From contig NC_068987.1 in assembly GCF_001194135.2 (NCBI RefSeq), positions 5,549,557 through 5,598,645 on the forward strand: DNA of 49,089 bases, read 5' to 3'. A model generated the notes under the pieces. The model was given only the letters and a program-made list of their open reading frames with translations, ran no database searches and was not told the DNA's origin. Positions 22,385 through 35,149 of the stretch are shown here, piece by piece. Each line of letters opens with the position of its first letter. The first letter of the stretch is position 1. Source of the DNA: Octopus bimaculoides. Its lineage: Eukaryota. The position numbers and the translations under genes were made by a program.

Positions 22385-23090
22385 TTTTAGTGCGGCCATG
22401 TTGGGGTACTGCGTTCAAGAATCTTAGTCGAACGAATCGACCCCGATACTTCTTTTTAAGCTTGGTATTTATTCTATCGCTAAGTTACGGGACGTAAGCA
22501 CACCAACACCGGTTGTCAAGCGGTGGTGGGAAGCAGAGACAGACACACACGCACACGTATATACGACGGGCGGTGAACTGGCAGAATTGTTAGCACGCCG
22601 AGCGAACTATCTAGCAGTATTTCGTCTGCCGTCTTTACATTTCGAGTTCAAATTCCGCCGAGGTCGACTTTGCCTTTCATCCTTTCGGGGTCGATTAAAA
22701 AAGTACCAGTTACGCACTGGGGTCGATGTAATCGACTTAATCCCTTTGTCTGTCCTTGTTTGTCCCCTCTATGTTTAGCCCCCTATGGGCAATAAAGAAA
22801 TAAATATTAAACTCTTGTTAAAGAGGCGAGCTGGCGGAACCATTAGCACGCCGGTCAAAATGCTTAGCGGCATTTCTTCCGTCTTTACGTTCTGAGTTCA
22901 AATTCCACTGAGACCTACTTCGCCTTTTTTTCCTTTCGGGGTCAATGAAATAAGTGCCAGTTACTCACTGGGGTCGATGTAATCGACTTAATCCCTTTGT
23001 CTGTCCTTGTTTCCCCCCTCTATTTTTAGCCCCCTGTGAGCCACAAATAAATATATATACGACTGGCTTCTTTCAGTTTCCGTCCACCAA
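22385..23090 (-). mobile_element. SINE family A split by insertion of two SINE B copies
   Basis: A tail and body at 22385-22570. The A sequence resumes at 23054 (tatatacgactggcttctttcagtttccg). Confidence 0.8.
22569..23053 (+). mobile_element. Two full-length head-to-tail SINE family B copies
   Basis: Copies at about 22569-22808 and 22818-23053 share head, gagttcaaattcc box, cctttcggggtc block and ttaatccctttgtctgtccttgttt...ttagcccc tail. Confidence 0.9.
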
Positions 23091-23149
23091 GCTTTTGTTT
23101 TCTTTTACCTTAATATTTCCTTTCAATACAGGTAACCCCTACTTCGTAT

Positions 23150-23625
23150 TTTCACCTTTCCTTATATAAAATAAGTGTTGTTTTCCACGTTCACTTGTAC
23201 CACTAATAAGCCTCCGTTTGCTTTCTTCTAAACCTTTTCATACTCCAGCTATTGGTATTTTGCAGTAGTTTTCTACTTTTAACAGACCCTATCTTTCTTC
23301 TCTGTTTGCGCGGAGCAAATTTATATTATATTAATATCATGTTTATTATATTAATTTCATGGCTTCACAACGCTATTTGCTCTTTTCTGGATTTTATACG
23401 TTCTTCAGTTCTTTTAAATTATAAATTTGAAGCTGTAGTATATAACAGGGACGCTTAATATAGTTATGTCCATTATCTTATTACTAGCATTGAGGTTAGC
23501 TTCTAACATTCATGTAATTCCTTCATAGTTCTATTTTCTAACTTTCTCCTCCATATCCATGTGTTGTATCATATCAGTTTTATCTACTCTTAAATATTTG
23601 TTTGGGCAAATACTTGTAAAATACT
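23150..23625 (-). mobile_element. R4/Dong-like fragment downstream of the RT core, second subfamily
   Basis: Minus strand: KYLRVDKTDMIQHMDMEEKVRK*, MLEANLNASNKIMDITILSVPVIYYSF, GLLKVENYCKIPIAGV, resembling YKYLGV.E.D.IQH..MKEKIRKEY...LN..NKI.AIN.LAVPV..YSF. Confidence 0.7.
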
Positions 23626-23654
23626 CTGATTTCGATATTATGTATATTTTTCCT

Positions 23655-23730
23655 TTTACTTGTTTCAGTCATTGGACTGTGGCCATGTTGGGACTCCGCC
23701 TCGAAGGGTTGTAGTCGAACAAATCGACCC
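23655..23730 (-). mobile_element. SINE family A tail fragment
   Basis: ttacttgtttcagtcattggactgtggccatgttggg. Confidence 0.75.
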
Positions 23731-25168
23731 AATCTTGCAAACTGTTGTGGCGAGAGTCACGATGTCCCCTGCGAGAATAGACTTGACCGAACGACTATGA
23801 ATAGTAGCGGTCTGAATGAGACAGAGCAGACGTTAATCGCCGGAAGTTGTATGGGGTTGTTTTGATAGTTTGCGGAGGCTTTGTTGGATTGTTAGGTGGT
23901 TGTTTCCTCGCTTCGTAATATATTTTATTGTTACTACCCGGTTATAGTGTAAACAAGTATCGCCATAAATAGTGGCGATACTACGACAATTGGCGACGAG
24001 TAACTACGTTACAATACAAATCAAATGCAGAAAACGAAATATCGTGGAATATCTGAGAATACAAGGCTTCATCCCTGTCGTCGTCGTCGTCGTCATCATC
24101 ATCATTTTCCTCCTCCTGTTCTTTCTCTTTGTTGTCGTCATCATCGGCGTCGTTGTCATCACCGTCGTCGCTGTCATCATCGTCGTCGTCGTCGTCGTCG
24201 CTGTCATCATAGCGCTATCCTCCCTCCTTTCATTCAGATTTCACTATAACAACCTGTCAGACATAAGATGGCAGCTTGCTGGAGAGACAACCCAACAGAT
24301 TCAACAATTCTTTTGTCCCACAACAACAANNNNNNNNNNNNNNNNNNNNNNNNNNNNNNNNNNNNNNNNNNNNNNNNNNNNNNNNNNNNNNNNNNNNNNN
24401 NNNNNNNNNNNNNNNNNNNNNNNNNNNNNNNNNNNNNNNNNNNNNNNNNNNNNNNNNNNNNNNNNNNNNNNNNNNNNNNNNNNNNNNNNNNNNNNNNNNN
24501 NNNNNNNNNNNNNNNNNNNNNNNNNNNNNNNNNNNNNNNNNNNNNNNNNNNNNNNNNNNNNNNNNNNNNNNNNNNNNNNNNNNNNNNNNNNNNNNNNNNN
24601 NNNNNNNNNNNNNNNNNNNNNNNNNNNNNNNNNNNNNNNNNNNNNNNNNNNNNNNNNNNNNNNNNNNNNNNNNNNNNNNNNNNNNNNNNNNNNNNNNNNN
24701 NNNNNNNNNNNNNNNNNNNNNNNNNNNNNNNNNNNNNNNNNNNNNNNNNNNNNNNNNNNNNNNNNNNNNNNNNNNNNNNNNNNNNNNNNNNNNNNNNNNN
24801 NNNNNNNNNNNNNNNNNNNNNNNNNNNNNNNNNNNNNNNNNNNNNNNNNNNNNNNNNNNNNNNNNNNNNNNNNNNNNNNNNNNNNNNNNNNNNNNNNNNN
24901 NNNNNNNNNNNNNNNNNNNNNNNNNNNNNNNNNNNNNNNNNNNNNNNNNNNNNNNNNNNNNNNNNNNNNNNNNNNNNNNNNNNNNNNNNNNNNNNNNNNN
25001 NNNNNNNNNNNNNNNNNNNNNNNNNNNNNNNNNNNNNNNNNNNNNNNNNNNNNNNNNNNNNNNNNNNNNNNNNNNNNNNNNNNNNNNNNNNNNNNNNNNN
25101 NNNNNNNNNNNNNNNNNNNNNNNNNNNNNNTATATATATATATATATATACATACATATATATATATA

Positions 25169-25204
<36 letters not shown>

Positions 25205-25224
25205 TATACATGGATACATATATA

Positions 25225-25272
<48 letters not shown>

Positions 25273-25299
25273 TATATACATATATATATATAGTTATGT

Positions 25300-25505
25300 A
25301 TGTGTGTCTTTGTGTCGTGTTTGTTCCACCACCATCACCTGACAACCGATGTTGGTGTGTTTACGTCCCCTTAACTTAGCGGTTCGGCGTAAGATATTGA
25401 TAGAGTAAGTACTCGGCTTCCAAAGAAATAAGTCCTGGAGTCAATTTCTTAGATGAATATCCTTTAGCAAAATAACTGAAACAAGTAAAAGAATAAAAGA
25501 ATAAA
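25300..25505 (+). mobile_element. SINE family A, 3' half with (TAAAAGA)-type tail
   Basis: tgacaaccgatgttggtgtgtttacgtcccc...gactgaaacaagtaaaaga-type end. Confidence 0.8.
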
Positions 25506-25990
25506 TGAATATATATATACACACATACACATACATGCTGCCATTATTCCGGTGGCATAAATTGTTTAACGCAACGTGTTAATAAATTTGGTAATGAAAC
25601 GCGTGTAGCAATACCCAATTATGCACTCGTTTCATAATTATTACTATACTTACGCCACGTTAAATATACCGTTAATCCTTGATATTATTGAATTTGCTGA
25701 ATATCGGATACCAGTGAAATACAGTTTCATCTTGATCCGAGCATCTAATCCTAATGTTTGTTTACCTAAGTTTTTTTCTGTTTGACAAAAACATGTGGTG
25801 TGCTTCGTTGTTGGTTTTGCGTTCATCCCTGACTCCGTCGGTCTGTCTGTCCGTCTGTTTTCTCTCTGTCTCTCTCTACATACATAGATACATACATGCA
25901 TACATACATACGTACATACATACATACATACATGTATGTATGTATGTATGTGTGTACACACACATATATATACATGTATGTATGTATGTA

Positions 25991-26021
<31 letters not shown>

Positions 26022-26305
26022 NNNNNNNNNNNNNNNNNNNNNNNNNNNNNNNNNNNNNNNNNNNNNNNNNNNNNNNNNNNNNNNNNNNNNNNNNNNNNNN
26101 NNNNNNNNNNNNNNNNNNNNNNNNNNNNNNNNNNNNNNNNNNNNNNNNNNNNNNNNNNNNNNNNNNNNNNNNNNNNNNNNNNNNNNNNNNNNNNNNNNNN
26201 NNNNNNNNNNNNNNNNNNNNNNNNNNNNNNNNNNNNNNNNNNNNNNNNNNNNNNNNNNNNNNNNNNNNNNNNNNNNNNNNNNNNNNNNNNNNNNNNNNNN
26301 NNNNN

Positions 26306-26380
<75 letters not shown>

Positions 26381-27489
26381 CATATACACTCACACGCATG
26401 TAATATATATAGACATAACGTATATATGGATGTGTGTGTAAATTGATCACGTTGATGTTGTTGCTTCATTCCAGATTAATCCTGAGCCGAAGGATTTATG
26501 ATCAAAGGATTTCTGTCGTTATCTTGAACAATCTCTCTTGGGCGTTGGTGGCGATGGTGCTGGTGATGCTGCTGGTGGTGGTGGTGGTGTCTTTCTTGGC
26601 CTGCGTTCTTCAATGTCCTCTTCCACACATTATTTCTTCTTCTTCTGAATAACAGAAGAATCTTATTCGGTGGTGGTGGTGGGGGGGGTGGTGAGATTTT
26701 TTGGCTGCTGTTTCTTGCAATTCGAGGCACCAGATAGTAGCGCATCGCGTTGATGAGATGCGCTGGGTTGGAGAAATTCCTAGCTTAACACTATGAGAAG
26801 TTTATTTCATGCTTTAGCAGACACAGTTTAAAGTCTTCGTAATACAATAATCACGACGACAACAACAACAACAACAACAACAACAACAGCAGCAGCAACA
26901 ATAACAACAACAACAACAGCAACAGCAGCAGCAGCAGCATCACATAAATGAACGCGCTTAAACATTATTGACTGGAACAGACGATAGCGATATCGGCAGC
27001 ATGAAAAAATGGTGGGGAGTTGTAAGAGTAGGTCTAACTATGGTGGTAGCAGCTGTAGTTGCCGGCAACTGCGGCTCTAGCAGTTGCAACCATTGTCGCA
27101 GCGGTGAGGGTGGTGGTCGTTGGTCTGGCGCTCGTAGTCGTAGTGATGGTGTCGAAGACGTTGCTGTTAATGATGCTGAAGCTGATGGGGGTGGAGGTGT
27201 GACGGAGGTGTAGCGTGTTTGAATGTGTGTGTGTGTGGGGGGGGCTAGTTAGGGTGCCGTTGGGGTGGAAACCATACCTATACAGACATCATTTAAATAA
27301 TCCAATTTCATAAAAGAGGGAGATTCATGGGAGAAACACTTGTTTGTATGGAATTTATTTTAGTTATAGTATACACAGTTATATGTATACACAGATACAT
27401 GCTCGCCCGCACGCCCGCACGCCCGCACGCACACAAAGAGACGTGTGTGTATGTGTGTGGTAAGAAGCTTGCTTCTTAACCACATATAT

Positions 27490-27810
27490 GTAGAGAGCGA
27501 GATATATAGTTAGATAGATAGAAAGATAGATAGATAGATAGATAGAGAGGGAGAGGAAGATAGATAGATAGACTGAGAGAAGGAGAGACAGATAGATAGA
27601 GAGATAGATAGATAGAAAGAGAGATAGATAGAGATGGATAGATAGAGAGGGAGAGATAGACAGAGAGATGCAGAGAAAGAGATAGATAGAGATGGATAGA
27701 TAGAGAGGGAGAGATAGACAGAGAGATACAGTGAGAGAGAGAGAGAGATACAAAGATAGATAGATAGTTAGATAGAGAGAGAAAGGGGGGAGAGAGAAAG
27801 AAAAATAGAC
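27490..27810. repeat. Purine-rich (GATA)n/(GA)n mosaic
   Basis: Seen directly. Confidence 0.9.
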
Positions 27811-27913
27811 AGTAAGACAAAATTACAAGGTATATGTTTTATGTCGGTAAATACACAAAGATTGTCAAGCAGAAACACACACGCGCAAACATAAATATAA
27901 AAAATACACCCAC

Positions 27914-27950
<37 letters not shown>

Positions 27951-28070
27951 CGCATACGCATATTAAATAATATGTGTAGGTGTGTGTATGTATATCCAAA
28001 TACCCACACACATATATGCTTACACATGTATACTTTTGTACGTATGTATTCATATATATATGTATATGTG

Positions 28071-28128
<58 letters not shown>

Positions 28129-28309
28129 GGGAGAAAGATAGAAAGCAAGACGAAAAATTTTAGATTAAAAATGATTATTCACGCCAAAGTGTCTTCAAAA
28201 TATATGATGACACAAACCTTAATAAAGGAAGTTGTCGTGTTGTGTTTTGCCCTTTTCACTGTTTTACTTCTTTACAGACTCACGAGTTGTCAGGTAAGAC
28301 GCATAGACG

Positions 28310-28660
28310 CAAGGAACGTTTGTTCAGATGAATGCTTGATTTGTTGCTTATGTGTCCTAACCCGATATATTAATCTTGATCCTGTTTGACCGGTATAATT
28401 CTCATTACATTATGGGCATGTAATATAGAAAATAATTTTTCTTGTTTTGCCGATCATTGTTTCAATTAAAATTCAGTTCTTTCCCATAGTTGAATTGCTT
28501 GGTATTTCCCTGTTCGCTTATTTCATGCGTTTAACAAAGAACGCCTCCTTATCTTGGTTACGAGTGTTATTTCTTCTGATGTAAATTTCACCTTTGTTAA
28601 GAGTCTTTTAAGATTTGGCGGCTGCTTCTACTGTTAATAATCTGTGATTCCTTTATTACT
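28310..28660 (-). mobile_element. Penelope-like element GIY-YIG endonuclease remnant
   Basis: Minus strand: KQPPNLKRLLTKVKFT then ITCP*CNENYTGQTGSRLIYRVRTHKQQIKH, matching the Penelope linker and C..C.E.YIGQT motif. Confidence 0.8.
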
Positions 28661-29577
28661 ATTGTGAGATTTTGTGCAATCACTCGGCTAGGTTTGTCAC
28701 AGTCCTTTCATCGCTATTCACGGTCACATGGACAACATTCCTTCTCTACTCTATTACGGGTTTCCTTCTGAAAGGATTCCAACAAACTTAGCTGATTGAT
28801 TGACTGGTTAATCAAACAATCGATCAGTTAACTAGTTTAACCATTTGACAAATATAAATAAAGAAGTGAATAGAACCAATACGTGTGTTTATTATTGGCA
28901 TAATGAACCACCTGAGATATAACGGAATATGCTGAATAAGTTTCAGCATACAAGTTCACGTCAAGAATCTTACAAACGAAAATACATAAACGAAATAATG
29001 TCTTAATTTTTATCTTAAAGTTTATTGGAGTTTTATGTTGAACTGGATCATGTTCAAGGATTTAGCTTGTTATTAGCGCTTGTTTATCAGACATTTAGAG
29101 GTCACTGGATTTATTTGGTAAGATATTAGCTGGAAACGAAATATTAGTAGGTTTATGACATGTAATGATAATTCTGGTCAAGAACGACAAGGGAGACAAA
29201 CTAAGAATTAAAAATAAATCTTAATTAATTAAAAATCAAATTACAATGGGGAAATGGATCTGAACATATTGTTACTTGGTAGAATTATATTCTCATGTGA
29301 CTGCATGTGGACAGATGGGGTAATGAGTGAAACTGGAGCATCCTGTAGGTCTTTGAAACAACATTCAAACGTCCACTACAAAAACATAAAGTAAAAAAAG
29401 GAGCATTGATATTTATTTATCCTTTGTAGTTGGGTGATAAACAGACAATTGACTAATCTTTTATAAGCAGGAGTATATCATCAATGAGGGATTAACCGTG
29501 TTTATTTTATCCTACGCGAAATGTGGAATGAATAATTAACTGTCCAATCCTGAAATAATAAAAAATGAGGAGAAAGA

Positions 29578-29621
<44 letters not shown>

Positions 29622-29870
29622 GAGAGAGAGAGAAAGAGAGAGAGAGAATGAGTGAAAGAGACATATATAATACAAACACATGTGTATTATATATATATAT
29701 ATATATACATACATACACAGAGAAAGAGGTAGAGAGATAGAGAGATAAGTAGATAGAATAGATAGATAGCTAGAGAAAGACAGAGAGCGATCGAGCGAGC
29801 GAGAGAGAAAGAGAGAGAGAGAGAAAGAGAGAGAGGGAGAGGGAGAGAGAGAGAGAGAGAGAGGGGGGGG

Positions 29871-29908
<38 letters not shown>

Positions 29909-30497
29909 TAAACGTTGGACAAACTGAAGCATGCCTTTTCCTTAAACATAATTTCAGACTCAAAGCACCAATGTTACCAGTAAACATCGGAGTAAAACAA
30001 TGTTTTTTCATACATAGACACACAAGCGCGCGTATGCCCCCCACCCAACACATATCGACAGATGTACGGCTGTGTGGTTAAGGACCATGCTTTGCAACCA
30101 CGAAGTNNNNNNNNNNNNNNNNNNNNNNNNNNNNNNNNNNNNNNNNNNNNNNNNNNNNNNNNNNNNNNNNNNNNNNNNNNNNNNNNNNNNNNNNNNNNNN
30201 NNNNNNNNNNNNNNNNNNNNNNNNNNNNNNNNNNNNNNNNNNNNNNNNNNNNNNNNNNNNNNNNNNNNNNNNNNNNNNNNNNNNNNNNNNNNNNNNNNNN
30301 NNNNNNNNNNNNNNNNNNNNNNNNNNNNNNNNNNNNNNNNNNNNNNNNNNNNNNNNNNNNNNNNNNNNNNNNNNNNNNNNNNNNNNNNNNNNNNNNNNNN
30401 NNNNNNNNNNNNNNNNNNNNNNNNNNNNNNNNNNNNNNNNNNNNNNNNNNNNNNNNNNNNNNNNNNNNNNNNNNNNNNNNNNNNNNNNNNNNNNNNG

Positions 30498-30800
30498 TAC
30501 CAGTTGCGTTCTGAGATCGATCCAATCGACTGCCCCCCCCCCTCTCCAAAAAATTGTGTCTAGAGTAGAAAAGAATATTTAAAGGCGGTGAACTGGCAGA
30601 AAGGTTAGGACACCGGGCGAAATGCTTAGCCGTATTTCGTCTGCTTTTACGTTCTGAGTTCAAATTCCACCGAGGCTGACTTTGCCTTTCATCCTTTAGG
30701 GGTTGATAAACTAAGTACCAGTTGCGTACTGGGGTCGATCTAATTGACTGGCCCGTCCCCCAAAGTTTCGAGCCTTGTGCCTAGAATAGAAAATAATATA
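30498..30800 (+). mobile_element. SINE family B tail followed head-to-tail by a full-length B copy
   Basis: gtaccagttgcgt...gatcgat tail after the gap, then aaggcggtgaactggcagaaaggttag...gagttcaaattcc...tttgcctttcatcctttagggg. Confidence 0.85.
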
Positions 30801-30949
30801 TGTAACTGTATTTTGCTTTTACTTATTTTCTGTTTTTCTAAGATTATCCTCATTTTAGGGTCGCGGTTTAACGGTGATAGATTTTGATAAGTTACACTAA
30901 TTCCTTAATATTAATAGGGTTGATTTGAATTAATATTGTATGAATACTT

Positions 30950-31310
30950 GTGTCTCAGAAGACTCTGAGTTCCGCTTAAACAATGCGCAAATTTAAAAAA
31001 AAATAAATATTAACTTTACATGCCAATCAGAAAACTTAATTTATATTACAGCATACTGTAAATGTAGCGAGAATTATATTGCCTTAAGATGCATGTCACT
31101 TATAAAACGGGTGACAGTTCACTGACAACAAATATATGATCGAAACACTAGAAAAAATTACCTCAGTGAGCATTTAGGGAGCTGTGAAGGAACTCAGGAG
31201 TCAAACTTATGAATTTTCCCATTTTATCAATGTGTAGAGTATATGACAACAACAAAGAATCAATAAAGAAACACTTTATTGAAAATCAGAGACCAACTTC
31301 AAATCGTCAA
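30950..31310 (+). mobile_element. Penelope-like element GIY-YIG endonuclease remnant
   Basis: Plus strand: NFTCQSENLIYITAYCKCSENYIA...SLIKRVTVH*QQIYDRNTRKNYLSEHLGSC...IFPFYQC. Confidence 0.8.
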
Positions 31311-31878
31311 CCAATTACGTTTGTTCTTAATACATTCAGCAATATTTATAAAATATACTATTTTACATCTTTTTGAATGCTTAACGTACAAAAACGAGCA
31401 TCTGTTATTACTTAGGTTCTATTAACGTACATAATATTACCTACCTTGTTAACTAGTGAGTCTATAATGAGGATAGATCGGATAGTCATTAATTGAATGC
31501 TAGGAGTAATCCATTACACATGAACGTCGCAATGAAGGTACTCTGTAAGAAGTGAAACCTGTTCGTGATTACGTACAATGGAAAATTTATATATTTTTGT
31601 AATTATGCGCTTTGGAGTGTTTAATAATGTATTTTGAAATGATTTGAATGTAAAAACATATTTTGGAATATGTAATCTTGAAATAATTTGACTGTAGTAA
31701 TGTAAGTGGGAAACGGTATGACGTTTTGGAATATGTAATTATGTATTTTGAAGCGATTTGATTGTAATACTGTTCTTCAGAAATACTTAAATGGAATATA
31801 AAGGAACTGTGCATTTTCGTACCTTCATTATCATTCCCTCACCACACGTATACACACAGACACACAGAAATAGACACA

Positions 31879-31942
<64 letters not shown>

Positions 31943-32479
31943 NNNNNNNNNNNNNNNNNNNNNNNNNNNNNNNNNNNNNNNNNNNNNNNNNNNNNNNNNN
32001 NNNNNNNNNNNNNNNNNNNNNNNNNNNNNNNNNNNNNNNNNNNNNNNNNNNNNNNNNNNNNNNNNNNNNNNNNNNNNNNNNNNNNNNNNNNNNNNNNNNN
32101 NNNNNNNNNNNNNNNNNNNNNNNNNNNNNNNNNNNNNNNNNNNNNNNNNNNNNNNNNNNNNNNNNNNNNNNNNNNNNNNNNNNNNNNNNNNNNNNNNNNN
32201 NNNNNNNNNNNNNNNNNNNNNNNNNNNNNNNNNNNNNNNNNNNNNNNNNNNNNNNNNNNNNNNNNNNNNNNNNNNNNNNNNNNNNNNNNNNNNNNNNNNN
32301 NNNNNNNNNNNNNNNNNNNNNNNNNNNNNNNNNNNNNNNNNNNNNNNNNNNNNAAGATTCCTGATGTGAAATCGTGTGTTGAAACAGATATTGTTGTATT
32401 TCGGGACGGTCATTGTTTTATTTTCGCCAAATAAACACACGCACTATATACTTGTTCTTCACTCGTTATACATACGTAT

Positions 32480-33010
32480 ACACAGATACACATACACGCG
32501 CGCACACACATACACGCACATACACGCACATGCACGCAAACGTACACGTACACACACACACACGCACACGTACACACGTTCACATACATACACACAGGCG
32601 TAGACACGCATACAGACACACACATACGCACACACACATATCCGCACATACACACATACGCCTGTGCAGAAACACCCACCCACATACACATCCACACACA
32701 CCTACACACATGCACACAAACGTACACGTACACACACACGCACACACGTTCACATACATACAAACAGGCATAGACACGCATACACACACACACGCGCGCA
32801 CATTCACCTACACACACCTGCACGCAAACGTACACATACACACGTACACACGTTCACATATATACACACACAGGCGTAGACATGCATAGACACAAATACG
32901 CACACACACGTACCCGCACATGCACATATACACCTGTGCAGAAACACCCACCCACATACACATCCACACACACACCTACACACACACATCCCACCCGCCA
33001 CACACAAACA
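32480..33010. repeat. CA-rich tract with higher-order internal duplications
   Basis: cctgtgcagaaacacccacccacatacacatccacacac occurs near 32661 and 32933; cacacgttcacata near 32573, 32744 and 32846. Confidence 0.8.
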
Positions 33011-33335
33011 CACATCTCTGTGTATCTGACTGTGTTTATCTGTTTCATTTCCGTGTATTTCAGTTTACACGTTGACGAGATGCAAAGATCAATAACATGT
33101 ATTTAGGTGCATCAATATGCACCGATACGTGCATTGGATCCAATTTCTAAAGCTGCATCAGGTGAATATAACATTTTAAAGTCTGATCTCGATTTTTTTT
33201 CCTTTGAATGCATTCCAGACACTGAGTTTAATCCTCTGATAATAGCTACAACAACAACAACAACAACCGTAAAAGCAGCAGCAGCAACAGTAGCAGCTAA
33301 CCAGCAGTAGCAGCAACAACAACAATAACAATGTT

Positions 33336-33396
<61 letters not shown>

Positions 33397-33397
33397 T

Positions 33398-33563
33398 TAT
33401 ACTCTTACTTGTTTCTGTGATTTGACAGCGGCCATGCTGGAGCACCGCCTATAGTCGAGCAAATCGACCCCCCAGGACTTATTCTTTGTAAGCCTAGTAC
33501 TTATTCTATCGGTCTCTTTTGTTGCCGAACCGCTACGTTACGGGGACGTAAACACACCAGCAT
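33398..33563 (-). mobile_element. SINE family A, 3' part
   Basis: gcggccatgctggagcaccgcc...caggacttattctttgtaagcctagtacttattctatcgg...cggggacgtaaacacaccagca. Confidence 0.85.
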
Positions 33564-34233
33564 TCACCATTAACTGCGGTAAACGGTTTTATGTTTTTAT
33601 CCCAGTTTTGATAAAGACCTTTCCTTTTGCTGCGTGGAATGGAGACTCACCCCAGTAACACTAATTAGGAAAGACAATTTATCTTTTACCTTTTGCTGGT
33701 TTCAGCCAGAGGTTGAGGCCATGCTGGAGCAGTGTGTTTAGGCTTCTTTTTTTTGTACAGTTTCTGGTAAAGTAGAATGTCGGACGGACCTGCTCTCCTT
33801 TTTTGCCTCCTGCTGCAATGTGGGTTCACCTTAAGATTTTCTTAATATTTCCATACATTTCATCAAATATCTTCTTACAGAGCAAGAATCAAATACTTTT
33901 AATGGCGGATATGAAAACGATACCTATAGAAGACACTCTGAAAAAGTGCGACAGAAGCGGAAAATATCAATTTTATGTTTAGATGTATAATTAACATCTT
34001 TACAAGAATCACCATGACAATTAATTAAGCAGTCAAAGGGTTAATTAAAAACAGGTCACCTTACACAAAAGAGAGAATTGGTTGTGTTTATTTGGCTTAC
34101 TGGTAGGATTGTAAGTGATATTCGTTCGGGACCTGTGTGGTGTGACTTCGAATCCAGCTTAGGTTACTTTCCTTTTTTATCCTTTCGAAATAAAATGCCA
34201 TTTCAGAGCAGTAGATTGGTAAATGTATTAGAC

Positions 34234-34310
34234 CAGAGGTTCTCAAACTTTTTGGCCCCCCACCTCTCATGGCCACATAATACCCTCAGCGCCTCCACCC
34301 CTATTTTTAT
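34234..34310 (+). mobile_element. Single end of a hAT Charlie-type element
   Basis: CAGAGGTTCTCAAACTTTTT preceded by tattagac (TAGA-type target); no partner TIR found. Confidence 0.45.
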
Positions 34311-35149
34311 GTATAAATAAAAATTTTAAATGTTACTAATTGTCTGTTGCTCATTTTCTTAAGTGTCAATCTAATACACTTTGTTTGTGGTTTCCTCACC
34401 TGTCTCCTCTGCCAGCTTGCAGTCATACATACTAAAAAAAAAGCCTGGTATCGTCATGGCTGGAGTGCCTTTGATCATAGGCTTGCTGCATCATAGCTGA
34501 TCAAGAATTAAATTACAATAGCAACGGCAACAACATCAGCAACAAAACTGCGGCCTAGTTCTACTCTAGCGTTTAATGCACTTTAAGATGAATTTATTCG
34601 TTGGCGGAAAATATTTCAGGAGCTTGAAATGAGGCCAAGAAAATCAAAACCATATATTTATATCAGCTCTACAATCGCCATCATTGGCCAACGTCCGTTG
34701 TAGGAGACCATAGATATTTCTTCATTTCCTTCTTCTTCTTCTTCCTTCCTCTCGTCCCTCCGCCTCCTCTCGTATGCCCCCTTCTCTCCTTTTCCTCTCC
34801 TCCCTTACTTCTCCACCTTTCCTACGCCCTCATTAAGTTGGCACATAATACGGATTTATGTTCTGCATCGCGCACCATATTAAAGACAAAAGTATGATTT
34901 ATCAGCTTGGAATATAGACTAAGATTTTCAAGGTGGGCGAGAAGTGTGGAGATGGCGTGACAATCATGACTTTTCAACAGTTTTATTGGCATTTGCACCG
35001 GGAAATGAAAGAGATTTTTGCGTGGCCATCGAACTGTTTGCCAAATTCTCTACAGATTATACGACTGCATCCTTAAACAAATATTAAATTAGTTAATATG
35101 GATAGTCACGACTGAACGCTTTTAGTTATACAACTGTAATGAGGATAAA

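Noticed and set aside
26440-27220. Pro/His/Ser/Thr-rich protein-like readings on both strands
   Set aside because: They arise from degenerate trinucleotide sequence, lack splice or start context, and show no homology I can recognise.
33107-33161. 55-nt exon candidate, plus an acceptor-like site at 33880
   Set aside because: Poor pyrimidine tract or no matching donor, and the peptides are unrecognised.
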